DNA of 44,343 bases from IMG/VR virus record IMGVR_UViG_3300043473_000203, positions 1 through 44,343 of that record, one strand, 5' to 3'. The notes beneath the pieces were generated by a model. That model searched no databases and was not told where the DNA came from. It worked only from the letters and a program-made list of their open reading frames with translations. Shown in pieces: positions 8,243-16,328 of the stretch. Position 1 is the stretch's first letter, and the number at the start of each line of letters is the position of its first letter. The stretch is from a virus. Its lineage: Duplodnaviria; Caudoviricetes. A program made the position numbers and the translations under genes.

Positions 8243-8782
8243 ATGCAGAAGATACCGACGCTATTTGTGCGCGACGAGACGGTCAAGGGCCACCCGGTGA
8301 CGCCGGTGGTGAAGCCGGAGTGCCAGTGGGTGCTGGACGGCGAGGGGCGCGCCACGGGCAAGTTCGACGGCACGAACGTGCGGATACGCGGGGGTGTCCT
8401 GGAGAAGCGGCAGAAGCCTGCGGTAGGCGACTACGACGAGGCGAGCTACGTGCCGTGCGACCGCGCGCACCCGGCGGACCGGTGGATGTTCGAGGCGTTC
8501 GACCGGTTGGTGGAGGCCGGGCTCCTGGCCGAGGGCATCTACGAGCTGGTCGGCCCGAAGGTGCAGGGCAACCCACACGGCTACGCGGGCCATACCTTAC
8601 TGCCGGTGCTGCCGCCGGGACAGGTGGTGCTGGGACCGATTGCGCCGGAGCGCACGTTCGAGGGGTTGCGCGCCTACTTGGCTGAGGCGCCGTTCGAGGG
8701 CCTCGTGTTCCATCATCCGGACGGACGGCTGGCGAAAATCAAGCGGCGGGACTACGGCCTGCCGTGGCCGCCGAAGGGGTAG
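8243..8782 (+). CDS. RNA-ligase-like nucleotidyltransferase (DUF5565-type)
   Basis: MQKIPTLF start, motif I KFDGTN, YELVGPKVQGNP, EGLVF, AKIKRRD. Confidence 0.75.
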   Translation: MQKIPTLFVRDETVKGHPVTPVVKPECQWVLDGEGRATGKFDGTNVRIRGGVLEKRQKPAVGDYDEASYVPCDRAHPADRWMFEAFDRLVEAGLLAEGIYELVGPKVQGNPHGYAGHTLLPVLPPGQVVLGPIAPERTFEGLRAYLAEAPFEGLVFHHPDGRLAKIKRRDYGLPWPPKG

Positions 8783-8784
8783 CC

Positions 8785-9051
8785 GTGCCCTACGACGACC
8801 GGATGCTGGGCCTGCGCATCATCGAGAGCCCGCTGTTGACGAAGGACGAGCAGCGGACGGTGGGGCGGTCGTGGCGGGAGCGGCTGTGGTCGTGGCCGTG
8901 GCGGCCGTGGCAGGCGACGAAGGTCATCACGGTCCTGGTGCCGAGCGACCAGATACTGCGGACGCCTGGGGCGCTCATCATGCACCCGATGATGGCGGAG
9001 CGCCTACGGGCGACGTTCGTGACGGACCACAAGTTCCCGTGGGAGCGGTAG
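8785..9051 (+). CDS. conserved phage hypothetical protein (RSWRERLWSWPWRPW)
   Basis: AAGGGG SD; Trp-rich motif. Confidence 0.6.
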   Translation: MPYDDRMLGLRIIESPLLTKDEQRTVGRSWRERLWSWPWRPWQATKVITVLVPSDQILRTPGALIMHPMMAERLRATFVTDHKFPWER

Positions 9052-9064
9052 AGGAGACGTTGAA

Positions 9065-9589
9065 GTGACGGATGGAGCCCAGACACCGGTCAGCGTGGCG
9101 CTGTTGCGCGCGGCGGCCGACGCCGATTGGATGCAGGTGGTCCTGAACCAGGGCCCGCCGTGTTTTCACCTAGAGGAGGACCGGTTATCGCTCGGGTTGC
9201 GGTTCTGTTTGCGCGCGGAGCGGTGGGACGGGCACCACGACCCGCCGGGTGTCGGGCATCCGTTCGTGTCCCTGGCGGACCTGCTGGAGGCGGTGGCGAC
9301 TACGCCGCGTGGGCCCGCCGTTGTGGCGCTGGTGGCGGAGCTGCGGGGGTATGTGGCGAACCACCGGCCGTTCCCGAATCGGATAATGCGCTGGGGCGAG
9401 TATGCGGACGACGTCGAGCTGTTCGCCTACCAAATCGAGCGGGCGCACGCCCCGGTGGTCGCGCTGGTGACGAAGTGGCGCGAGGACGCGCTGGAGGCTG
9501 AGTCGCAGGGCGTGGGGTCTAAGGACAGCCTGCGGGCGGTGCGGCTGTGCGCGACCGAGCTGGCGCGAGCGCTGGGTATCGCGGGATGA
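9065..9589 (+). CDS. modular hypothetical protein
   Basis: GAGGAG SD; C-terminal module shared with 5659..6276. Confidence 0.65.
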   Translation: MTDGAQTPVSVALLRAAADADWMQVVLNQGPPCFHLEEDRLSLGLRFCLRAERWDGHHDPPGVGHPFVSLADLLEAVATTPRGPAVVALVAELRGYVANHRPFPNRIMRWGEYADDVELFAYQIERAHAPVVALVTKWREDALEAESQGVGSKDSLRAVRLCATELARALGIAG

Positions 9590-9592
9590 GCG

Positions 9593-9952
9593 ATGGCGCG
9601 CTACTACGTGCTGGGCCTCGACGGCGCGGTGGTGCCCATAGACGACCTGTTGATGTGGGCGCTGTGGTTCGAGACGGCCGACCGACGCGTGGCGTACGAC
9701 GTCGTGGGGCCGTGGCGCATCTCGACGGTGTTCCTGAGTCTTGACCACGGGTTCGGTCGCGACGAGGGCCTGCCGGTGCTGTGGGAGACGATGGTGTTTG
9801 GCAGCGGCGAGGGGCACTGGCGCGACGAGTGGTGCCACCGCTACACGTCGCGTGAGGAGGCACTGCTCGGGCACGCGACGACGGTGGCCCTGGTGCGGGC
9901 CGAGGTGGAGGCGCCGGAGCCCGTTCCGGCGGTAAAGGAGCCCCCGACATGA
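9593..9952 (+). CDS. conserved phage hypothetical protein
   Basis: ISTVFLSLDH...ETMVF...RY.S.EEA..GH motif, which I recognise from other phages. Confidence 0.7.
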   Translation: MARYYVLGLDGAVVPIDDLLMWALWFETADRRVAYDVVGPWRISTVFLSLDHGFGRDEGLPVLWETMVFGSGEGHWRDEWCHRYTSREEALLGHATTVALVRAEVEAPEPVPAVKEPPT

Positions 9953-10146
9953 GCGAAGGGTCCGGGTTTCACCCGATAACGGACGCCATTATTGCCAAGG
10001 CCGAGCGCATCGAGGATGAAAAGCACGGCAAGGCGCTGACGAAGGACGAGGTGACGACGTTGCGGGCGCGCGATGCGCTGCGCCTGCTGGCGCCCTACGC
10101 GTTCGCGCCGAGCGTGGATATTCAGCGGGACGAGCCCGAGTCGTGA
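9949..10146 (+). CDS. hypothetical protein
   Basis: AAGGAG SD; coupled. Confidence 0.6.
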   Translation: MSEGSGFHPITDAIIAKAERIEDEKHGKALTKDEVTTLRARDALRLLAPYAFAPSVDIQRDEPES

Positions 10147-10409
10147 CCTACCAAGCCTGGATGTGCGAGGGCTGCGGGCGCGGTCAGAAGTTCCGCAGCA
10201 ACGTCTGGAACTGTCCCGGGTGCGGGAAGGAGGGCTGCGACGACTGCTTCTGGATGTTCGCGCACTGCAAGCCGTGCTGTGTGGGTAAGACCGCCGGGGA
10301 GCTGCTCGACGCGGCGAACGCACAGGGGTTCGAGTTCGCGCCGCTGCACGACTCGGAGCGCGCGGTGCTGGCGATTCGCGACAAGACGTTGCACGAAGGG
10401 ACCGGCTGA
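10143..10409 (+). CDS. Cys-rich Zn-finger protein
   Basis: Four CxxC pairs. Confidence 0.6.
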   Translation: MTYQAWMCEGCGRGQKFRSNVWNCPGCGKEGCDDCFWMFAHCKPCCVGKTAGELLDAANAQGFEFAPLHDSERAVLAIRDKTLHEGTG

Positions 10410-10410
10410 C

Positions 10411-10632
10411 GTGGGTATCTGGGTCGAGCTGCGGTGCTGTCGGCAGGGCGAGGACGAGCAGGGCGGCTGCGTGTCGGACCAGAACAACGGGCCCAAGGGT
10501 TACTTCCCGGAGACGGGCACGGGGTGGCTGATGGCGCGGCGCGCCCTGCGCGAACAGGCGAAGAAGGCGTCGTGGGTCCTGACGCGCAAGGGCTGGGTCT
10601 GCAGCGCGTGCCAAGCGAAGGGGTCCCGGTGA
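10411..10632 (+). CDS. Cys-containing hypothetical protein
   Basis: GTG 10411; W...GWVCSAC C-terminus. Confidence 0.55.
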   Translation: MGIWVELRCCRQGEDEQGGCVSDQNNGPKGYFPETGTGWLMARRALREQAKKASWVLTRKGWVCSACQAKGSR

Positions 10633-11003
10633 CGGCGCTCTCGAAGGCGTTGCGGTGGCGCCGAGGTCTGGAGAAGCGGGCGGCCTTTGACGGCCCGGTG
10701 CCCGTCATCTCGGCCGAGTCGAAGACGGCGCAGAAGTTCGACATCCAGACGTGGCAGGTGGCGACCGAGCACATCCTGGATGCCACGTTCCGGTCGCGCG
10801 CGTTTCTGACGGAGGGGATGGGGGCCGATAGCCGTCTCGCGCTGGAGCGGCAGATGCGCAAGCACATCATCGAGGCCGTGTTCGGGGAATTCCGGCCGCG
10901 CTTCCGCGCGCTGGAGGAGGCGCTGTGGGGACACGACTACGCGGCCCTCGCGAACGCCATCGACGCGTTCGAGCGGGCGATGTTCGACCCTGGCGACGAC
11001 TAA
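10629..11003 (+). CDS. hypothetical protein
   Basis: GTGA coupling; AAGGGG SD. Confidence 0.6.
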   Translation: MTALSKALRWRRGLEKRAAFDGPVPVISAESKTAQKFDIQTWQVATEHILDATFRSRAFLTEGMGADSRLALERQMRKHIIEAVFGEFRPRFRALEEALWGHDYAALANAIDAFERAMFDPGDD

Positions 11004-11239
11004 TGACACCACGGCTGTTGACGGGCGCGCAGACTGACGTCCTAGAAATGCTTAAGCAGTTTGGGACGATGTCTGTATCGGTATTGCACGCCTCGACGGT
11101 GTTCGCTTTACGCAAGCGTGGACTGATAGAAACCGTCAACCCTACCGAACCGAACGTGGCATTTCGGCGTGTGCGCCTCACGGCTGTTGGGCGAGCGGCG
11201 CTCGCGAAGGGCAACGGCCCCGGGCCATTCGACGTCTAG
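11003..11239 (+). CDS. winged-helix (MarR-like) small protein
   Basis: LT..Q..VL...ALRKRGLIE...VRLTAVGRAAL. Confidence 0.6.
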   Translation: MTPRLLTGAQTDVLEMLKQFGTMSVSVLHASTVFALRKRGLIETVNPTEPNVAFRRVRLTAVGRAALAKGNGPGPFDV

Positions 11240-11272
11240 CTGAGCGACGACTGACGGCGGTATTCTGTCCCT

Positions 11273-11373
11273 GGCGGCGCCGTGACCGGTGTCAGCGAGG
11301 CGGATGTCTGGGGAGATTCGCGCCTCGTTCCTGGGTCGTGACCGGCAATTCGTGGCTTGGGCACGGCGCCGTC
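11273..11373 (+). ncRNA. candidate structured small RNA or cis-element upstream of terS
   Basis: 12-bp closing helix plus nested helices; TATTCT -10-like box at 11261. Confidence 0.35.
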
Positions 11374-11378
11374 TCCGG

Positions 11379-11397
11379 TATACTGCCGGTCCAGTAT
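11379..11397 (+). promoter_or_regulatory. terS promoter -10 (TATACT) overlapped by inverted repeat ATACTG-N6-CAGTAT
   Basis: Seen directly; the repeat covers the -10 box and the start codon. Confidence 0.5.
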
Positions 11398-11887
11398 GGC
11401 CGCGACCTACGCCGGGCAGCCCGGGCCGCTTCACAAGCGGCAATGTGAAGCCAAAAGCGTCTTTTCCCAGGAGCGCTGTAAGAAGCGCGCGATTCGCGGC
11501 AGCAACGTCTGCGGCACGCACGGCGGGCAGGCCCCCCGGGCCAAGCAGAACGCCAAATTACGGCTCGCGATGCTGGTGGACCCCGCCATCGACGTGATGA
11601 TGCGGCTGCTGAAGCCCAAGCCCGGGCGCGGCAATCAGGTCAAAGCGGAGGTGCGGCTCGCGGCCGCGCGCGACATTCTGGACCGCAACGGCTTCAAGAG
11701 CCGGGACGAGGTGGTCATTACCCAAGAATTCGAGGTGAGCCGGTTTGCGCACCTGACGGACGACGAGCTGCGCCAGTTGGTGGCGTTGGGCATGAAGGTG
11801 TCCACGTCCAAAGACGTTCACAACGAACAGCCGGTACTGGAACTGCTGCCCGGCACGCCACTGGAGTCACAGAATGGGTCTGATTAG
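11396..11887 (+). CDS. terS: probable terminase small subunit (HGGxSTG-like Cys/His domain)
   Basis: C.AK...C...A..G..VC..HGG motif, VRLAAARDILDR helix, LTDDEL tail; lies before terL. Confidence 0.7.
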   Translation: MAATYAGQPGPLHKRQCEAKSVFSQERCKKRAIRGSNVCGTHGGQAPRAKQNAKLRLAMLVDPAIDVMMRLLKPKPGRGNQVKAEVRLAAARDILDRNGFKSRDEVVITQEFEVSRFAHLTDDELRQLVALGMKVSTSKDVHNEQPVLELLPGTPLESQNGSD

Positions 11888-12089
11888 CCTCGTCATCACC
11901 GTCAGCGGACTCGTCAATCTGGTCGTCGTGCTGGTCGTGCTGGGGCTCGTGCTGTATCTGGTCGAAACCTACATTCCGCTGGCGCCGCCCATCAAGATGG
12001 TGATTCGCGTGGTGCTCATCCTGGTGCTGTGCTTGTGGCTGCTGCAGCTGTTCGGCATCGCTGACGGGCGGATTCCGCAGGTCCGGTAG
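11874..12089 (+). CDS. small two-TM membrane protein (Thivi_2564-like)
   Basis: Two hydrophobic helices around YIPLAPPIK. Confidence 0.65.
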   Translation: MGLISLVITVSGLVNLVVVLVVLGLVLYLVETYIPLAPPIKMVIRVVLILVLCLWLLQLFGIADGRIPQVR

Positions 12090-12091
12090 CG

Positions 12092-12898
12092 ATGCCCGTT
12101 GAGCCGACGCCGGAACAGGTTGCGCTGGCGCAGGAGACGGTGCGCAACCTGCCCGAGCTGATGGCGGAGTTGCGGCGGCGGGACCAGTACAAAATCAAGC
12201 GCTACTTCCAGGACGGGGGGCCGTATCGGCGCGAGCTCTACCCGAAGTTCGTGGACTTCTTCAAGGCGGGGGCGATACACCGCGAGCGCGCATTGATTGC
12301 GGCGAACCGGGTCGGGAAGAGCGACGGCGGCAGCTACGAGGTCACGGTGCATTTGACCGGCGAGTATCCCGACTGGTGGGAGGGCTACCGGTTCCAGGAC
12401 CCAATTCGCGCCTGGGCGAGCGGCACGACAGGCGAAAAGACCAAGGACATCATCCAGGCGAAGCTACTGGGGCCCGACAACGCGCGTGGCACGGGGATGA
12501 TTCCCGCGCGTTACCTGCACCATGTGCAGCCGAAGGGCGGCAGTATCCCTGGCGCGGTCGGGTCCATCTGGGTGCATCACGTCAGCGGCGGGCTCAGCGT
12601 GCTGCAGCTGAAATCCTACGACCAGGGCCGGACCGCGTTCGAGGGCACCGAGCAGCACCTTGTGTGGCTCGATGAAGAGCCGCCCATGGACATCTACACG
12701 GAGTGCCTGCTGCGTACGATGGCGACCGGCGGCACGGCGGGGGCGGAGAGCCTGGGCGGGTTCGCGGGCGGCATCCTGTTTATGACCTTCACGCCGCTGA
12801 ACGGGATGACGGAGGTGGTTGGCCGCTTCATGCCGCAGGGGACAATTCCGCTCAACGGCATCGTGCCCGACGAGGAGATGCGCGAGGTGGTCGCGTGA
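12092..12898 (+). CDS. terL: terminase large subunit, N-terminal (ATPase core) part, P22 gp2-like
   Basis: Walker A AANRVGKS, KSYDQGR, Walker B VWLDEEP, coupling motif TFTP. Confidence 0.92.
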   Translation: MPVEPTPEQVALAQETVRNLPELMAELRRRDQYKIKRYFQDGGPYRRELYPKFVDFFKAGAIHRERALIAANRVGKSDGGSYEVTVHLTGEYPDWWEGYRFQDPIRAWASGTTGEKTKDIIQAKLLGPDNARGTGMIPARYLHHVQPKGGSIPGAVGSIWVHHVSGGLSVLQLKSYDQGRTAFEGTEQHLVWLDEEPPMDIYTECLLRTMATGGTAGAESLGGFAGGILFMTFTPLNGMTEVVGRFMPQGTIPLNGIVPDEEMREVVA

Positions 12899-13155
12899 GC
12901 GAGCCTGTTTCCATCATCCGGGAATTCGACCCGAAGAAGGTACCGCGCGAGGACTGGGCGGCGGCGGTCAGCTACGTGCTGTGGACCGGGTTCAAGCAGC
13001 ACCCGGAGATGCTGCACGAGCTGCTGGCGCTCGGGGAGAACGTGTTCGTGCGGCGCAGCCTGCGGGTGGACACGTTGGGTCTGCACAAGAAGGACTACCG
13101 GGAGATTTTTCGGTTCCTGGAGCGGCGGGCGCAGGGGCTACCGACGGGGCATTGA
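12895..13155 (+). CDS. hypothetical protein
   Basis: GTGA overlap with the terL-N stop; GAGGTGG SD. Confidence 0.6.
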   Translation: MSEPVSIIREFDPKKVPREDWAAAVSYVLWTGFKQHPEMLHELLALGENVFVRRSLRVDTLGLHKKDYREIFRFLERRAQGLPTGH

Positions 13156-13222
13156 AACGGTCGTCACCGACTGCGAGTAAGCTCTCCAGGCTTCCTGGCC
13201 ATCTGTTTTTGAAGGAGAACCC

Positions 13223-13741
13223 ATGTCACGACTCGCTATCATCACGTTCATCGACCAGCGCACGGGCGCCGACATCGACAATTCGCTACCGGGCGCTCCG
13301 GTGTATCCCAGCCATGGACTGCCCGGCGGCGGTGGTCCGGTGGACCCGGGGTGGGGGGTTCGACCGCCGCCGGTAGACCCCGGTTTCGGTGTGCCCAGCC
13401 GTCCGGTACGCCCAGACAACGGCCTACCAGTGGGCCCTCCCGGCTCGATTGGCACGCTGCCGGTGTTCCCGTGGGACCCGACCATCGACAACTCGCTGCC
13501 GGGTAGTGGCGGGCGGCCCGACAACAGCCTCCCGGGGAGCGGTGGGGTACCCGACAACTCGTTGCCGGGGAGCGGCGGGCGTCCGGACAATTCGCTGCCG
13601 CCGACCGGGATTCGGCCCGGTCTGAAGTTCGTGGTGAAGTGGCTGGCCTGCGTGGGGCTGATTCTGGTGCCCGACAATTCGCTGCCGGGCTCGGGCGCGG
13701 GCGTGGACAACGAGCTGCCGCCGACGGCGCAGCCGAAGTAG
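13223..13741 (+). CDS. Pro/Gly-rich DNSLP-repeat protein
   Basis: Strong AAGGAGA SD; six DNSLP copies plus variants. Confidence 0.8.
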   Translation: MSRLAIITFIDQRTGADIDNSLPGAPVYPSHGLPGGGGPVDPGWGVRPPPVDPGFGVPSRPVRPDNGLPVGPPGSIGTLPVFPWDPTIDNSLPGSGGRPDNSLPGSGGVPDNSLPGSGGRPDNSLPPTGIRPGLKFVVKWLACVGLILVPDNSLPGSGAGVDNELPPTAQPK

Positions 13742-13753
13742 GACGACACCGCT

Positions 13754-13783
13754 GCGCGGAGGGGGCTACGGCCGTCTCCGCGC
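13754..13783 (+). terminator. GC-rich stem-loop (cUACGg loop) after the DNSLP gene
   Basis: GCGCGGAG/CTCCGCGC perfect stem; no U-tract, so it may be a stabiliser rather than a terminator. Confidence 0.45.
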
Positions 13784-13811
13784 GCCGATGAGTACCGGAA
13801 GGAGACTGGGG

Positions 13812-14201
13812 ATGAGGCGTCGCATGCTGGTGCTGCTGCTGTTGGCCGGGCTGCCCGGGTGCAGCGACGAAATCAACAACTACACGACCGTGGCGCCGAC
13901 GCCGGTGGCGCCGCCGGTGCCGGACCGCATCGAGTATCGGGTCATCGGCACGTTCGACCGCGTGACGGTACGCCACAGCAACCAGCAGGACGGTACGACG
14001 CAGCTGACGACCGGGTTGCCCTACGTGACGAGCTTCACGACGCTGGCCGAGTCGATGTTCGTGAGCCTGGACGTGTCGGCGCGCGGAGAGGGTTTCCTGC
14101 AGGTGCAAATCATGGTGAACGGGGCCGTGGTGCGCGAGGCGACCAGCACGACGGAGGACCCGCGTTTACAGTTGAATTTGACGTATCGACGGGGACAATG
14201 A
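13812..14201 (+). CDS. lipoprotein with beta-sandwich domain
   Basis: MRRRMLVLLLLAGLPG-C lipobox; beta-rich mature part. Confidence 0.75.
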   Translation: MRRRMLVLLLLAGLPGCSDEINNYTTVAPTPVAPPVPDRIEYRVIGTFDRVTVRHSNQQDGTTQLTTGLPYVTSFTTLAESMFVSLDVSARGEGFLQVQIMVNGAVVREATSTTEDPRLQLNLTYRRGQ

Positions 14202-14317
14202 TGCTGGCGTGGCTGATGATAGCGGCGGCCGTCGCGCTCATGTGGCACTGTCCGCTGTTCAAGCCGTGGTTCGGGTTTCGGCGTCCGCCGGGCGCACGCG
14301 GCCGGTGGTTTACCTAA
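14198..14317 (+). CDS. small membrane peptide
   Basis: ATGA coupling; hydrophobic N-terminus. Confidence 0.45.
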   Translation: MMLAWLMIAAAVALMWHCPLFKPWFGFRRPPGARGRWFT

Positions 14318-14332
14318 GGAAAGAGAGTTGCG

Positions 14333-15112
14333 ATGAGTCCACAAGCAGCGTCACCAATGCCGGGTGCTCCGATGTCCGCGCCCCCCACGCCCACGCCAGC
14401 GGCCGCGCCACCCGCCGATTCAGCGGTCGCGAGCTTGCGCGTCGTGACCGGCGCGGACCTGGACCGCATGCTCAAGGAAGCCTGGGAGCTGAGCGGCCCG
14501 ACACTGCTCGCCGGACCGAATTCGCAGCGCCGGGTGATTACCCGGGCGATGGTGCGGGCCAAGGTCGAGGGGTTCGCGGAGGACGCCGACACCGCGCTAG
14601 ATGTGGCGGTCTGGCAGGGGCGGCAGGTGAATCTGCTCGTGCTGCGCGGCGAGGATGGCTCGTTGCGGATGCAGCGGACGTGGAAGGGGCATACGCGCGG
14701 TCAGTTCGACCAGCTGCTGTCGGCGTGCGGCGCGCCAGCAGACCCGGACCCGTTGCCCGCGATGGCGGCCGAGCCCGAGCCGCCCGCCGAGGCGCCGGTG
14801 CTGACGGCGGTGGAGCCGAACACGGCGGTCATCGGGGAGCCGTCGTTCACGCTGTCGGTGAAGGGCACGGGGTTCTCGGAGGGGTCGGTCATCGTGTTCA
14901 ACGGCTACGATGAGCCGACCACGGTGGTGTCTCCGACCGAGGTGACGACCGGCGTCAATATGGACGTCTGGCAGGGCGCGTCGCTGCCGCTGCCGGTGAC
15001 CGTGCGCAACCTGGACGGACAGGTCAGCAACGAGCTGACGTTCACGTTCACGGTGGCGCCGGTGGTGTTGGCGGCTGCTGCGCCGCCGAAGGCTGAGCCC
15101 GCGAAGAAGTAG
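14333..15112 (+). CDS. protein with C-terminal IPT/TIG (Ig-like) domain
   Basis: PVLTAVEP...TLSVKGTGF..GSVIVFNG...TTVVSPTEV...VTVRN.DG..SN.LTFT. Confidence 0.75.
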   Translation: MSPQAASPMPGAPMSAPPTPTPAAAPPADSAVASLRVVTGADLDRMLKEAWELSGPTLLAGPNSQRRVITRAMVRAKVEGFAEDADTALDVAVWQGRQVNLLVLRGEDGSLRMQRTWKGHTRGQFDQLLSACGAPADPDPLPAMAAEPEPPAEAPVLTAVEPNTAVIGEPSFTLSVKGTGFSEGSVIVFNGYDEPTTVVSPTEVTTGVNMDVWQGASLPLPVTVRNLDGQVSNELTFTFTVAPVVLAAAAPPKAEPAKK

Positions 15113-15202
15113 ATGCGGCTGTTCTGGGGTGTGGCGTTCTCGATGGGGGGCGGGTGGCTGCTCGGGCAGCTGCTCGTCAACCTGGGGCTGGTGGCGCGAT
15201 GA
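15113..15202 (+). CDS. small hydrophobic peptide
   Basis: Translated by hand, 29 aa; fills the gap exactly with coupling. Confidence 0.4.
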   Translation: MRLFWGVAFSMGGGWLLGQLLVNLGLVAR

Positions 15203-15372
15203 CGCGACGGTCGAAGCCTGACTTGTCCGCGCAGCGGGCGGTGCGTGACCTTTGGGTGGCCGAGCGGTTACGTGTGGTCACGCAGCACCTTCAGCTCGCG
15301 AAGGTCGCAGTCCAGGCAGATAGACCGCTGAAGCCTGGGGCGGTGCTGGTTATTCACGTAGGGTCACGATGA
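15199..15372 (+). CDS. hypothetical protein
   Basis: ATGA coupling on both sides. Confidence 0.5.
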   Translation: MTRRSKPDLSAQRAVRDLWVAERLRVVTQHLQLAKVAVQADRPLKPGAVLVIHVGSR

Positions 15373-15581
15373 CGAACGGCACGCCCGCGCAGTTCGAGGC
15401 GGACGCAGAAGAGGAGCGGGAGCGTCAACGTCTCCGGTTCCTCGCGCGGCAGATTACCGGTCCGGAGCATCTGCAGCAGGTGCTCGACGGGGTGCAGGCC
15501 GGGCCGATGCGGGAAGGGGTGCGGAAGCTGTTGCTGCCGCACCTGCGGTTCACGGTCGAAACGGAGTCCGCCGATGATTGA
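15369..15581 (+). CDS. small helical protein, paralog of 16585..16782
   Basis: RLR..AR.....EHL motif shared. Confidence 0.65.
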   Translation: MTNGTPAQFEADAEEERERQRLRFLARQITGPEHLQQVLDGVQAGPMREGVRKLLLPHLRFTVETESADD

Positions 15582-16080
15582 GATACGCCCGAGCCCGACC
15601 GCCGACACGCGGACGTGCGACTACGCGACGGTGACGAAGGAGACGCTGCGCGAGAGCAGCCTGCAGCACATTTCGGACGTCCAGCAGGCGCTGGCGTTCT
15701 TCGCGGAGCGCATCGACGCCGCGCGCGTGGTGCATGACTTTGACAAGCTGAGCGACCTGGACTGGTTCCACGCCGACTTCGTGACGGGGTTCCAGCAGAC
15801 GGGCTGGTGGACGGCGCACCGGCAGCGGAACCGGCACCATCTGGCGGTGGCGGACGGCGTTCCGGCCGACGTGAACCTGGTTGACGTCCTGGACTTCATT
15901 GCCGATTGTGTGTGCGCTGGGATGGCGCGCAGCGGCACGGTGACCCCCATCACGCTCCCGCTGGAGGTGCTCGTGCAGGCGTACCAGAACACCATCGCGC
16001 TGCTCCAGGCGAACGTGGTGCTGGTGCCGTATGACGGTGACCCGCCCGTGGGAGCGATGGACGAGGCGGTGCAACCATGA
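15574..16080 (+). CDS. HD-superfamily-like protein (DUF5662-type)
   Basis: H...V, HDFDK, H...NRHH, NLVDVLDFIADCV.A. Confidence 0.7.
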   Translation: MIEIRPSPTADTRTCDYATVTKETLRESSLQHISDVQQALAFFAERIDAARVVHDFDKLSDLDWFHADFVTGFQQTGWWTAHRQRNRHHLAVADGVPADVNLVDVLDFIADCVCAGMARSGTVTPITLPLEVLVQAYQNTIALLQANVVLVPYDGDPPVGAMDEAVQP

Positions 16081-16328
16081 GCGAGGCCACGCCGCGCTAC
16101 GGTGCCGACCAGACGTCGCCGCCGACCGAAGACCGGATGCTGAAGTGGTTCGCCTACGACCACGACCACTTACCGTCGGACCTGCAGCGGGTGTCGCGCC
16201 TGTTTCACACGGCGGCCCACGACCTCGTGGCGATGGTGAAGCCCGGGCCCGAGCGCACGGTGGCGCTGCGGAAGCTGCTGGAGGGCAAGGACGCGGCCGT
16301 ACGGCAGGCTATCGAAGACCGGACATGA
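16077..16328 (+). CDS. small helical-hairpin phage protein (possible nucleotide-sponge-like)
   Basis: F.Y.HLP..LQ.VS..F...PERTVALRKLLE.KD.AVR motif. Confidence 0.65.
   Translation: MSEATPRYGADQTSPPTEDRMLKWFAYDHDHLPSDLQRVSRLFHTAAHDLVAMVKPGPERTVALRKLLEGKDAAVRQAIEDRT

Noticed and set aside
11874-12089. Holin call for the two-TM protein
   Set aside because: No endolysin or spanin recognised nearby; left as a generic membrane protein.
13486-13600. 33-nt tandem repeats as a CRISPR-like array
   Set aside because: In-frame coding repeats with synonymous variation and no unique spacers.
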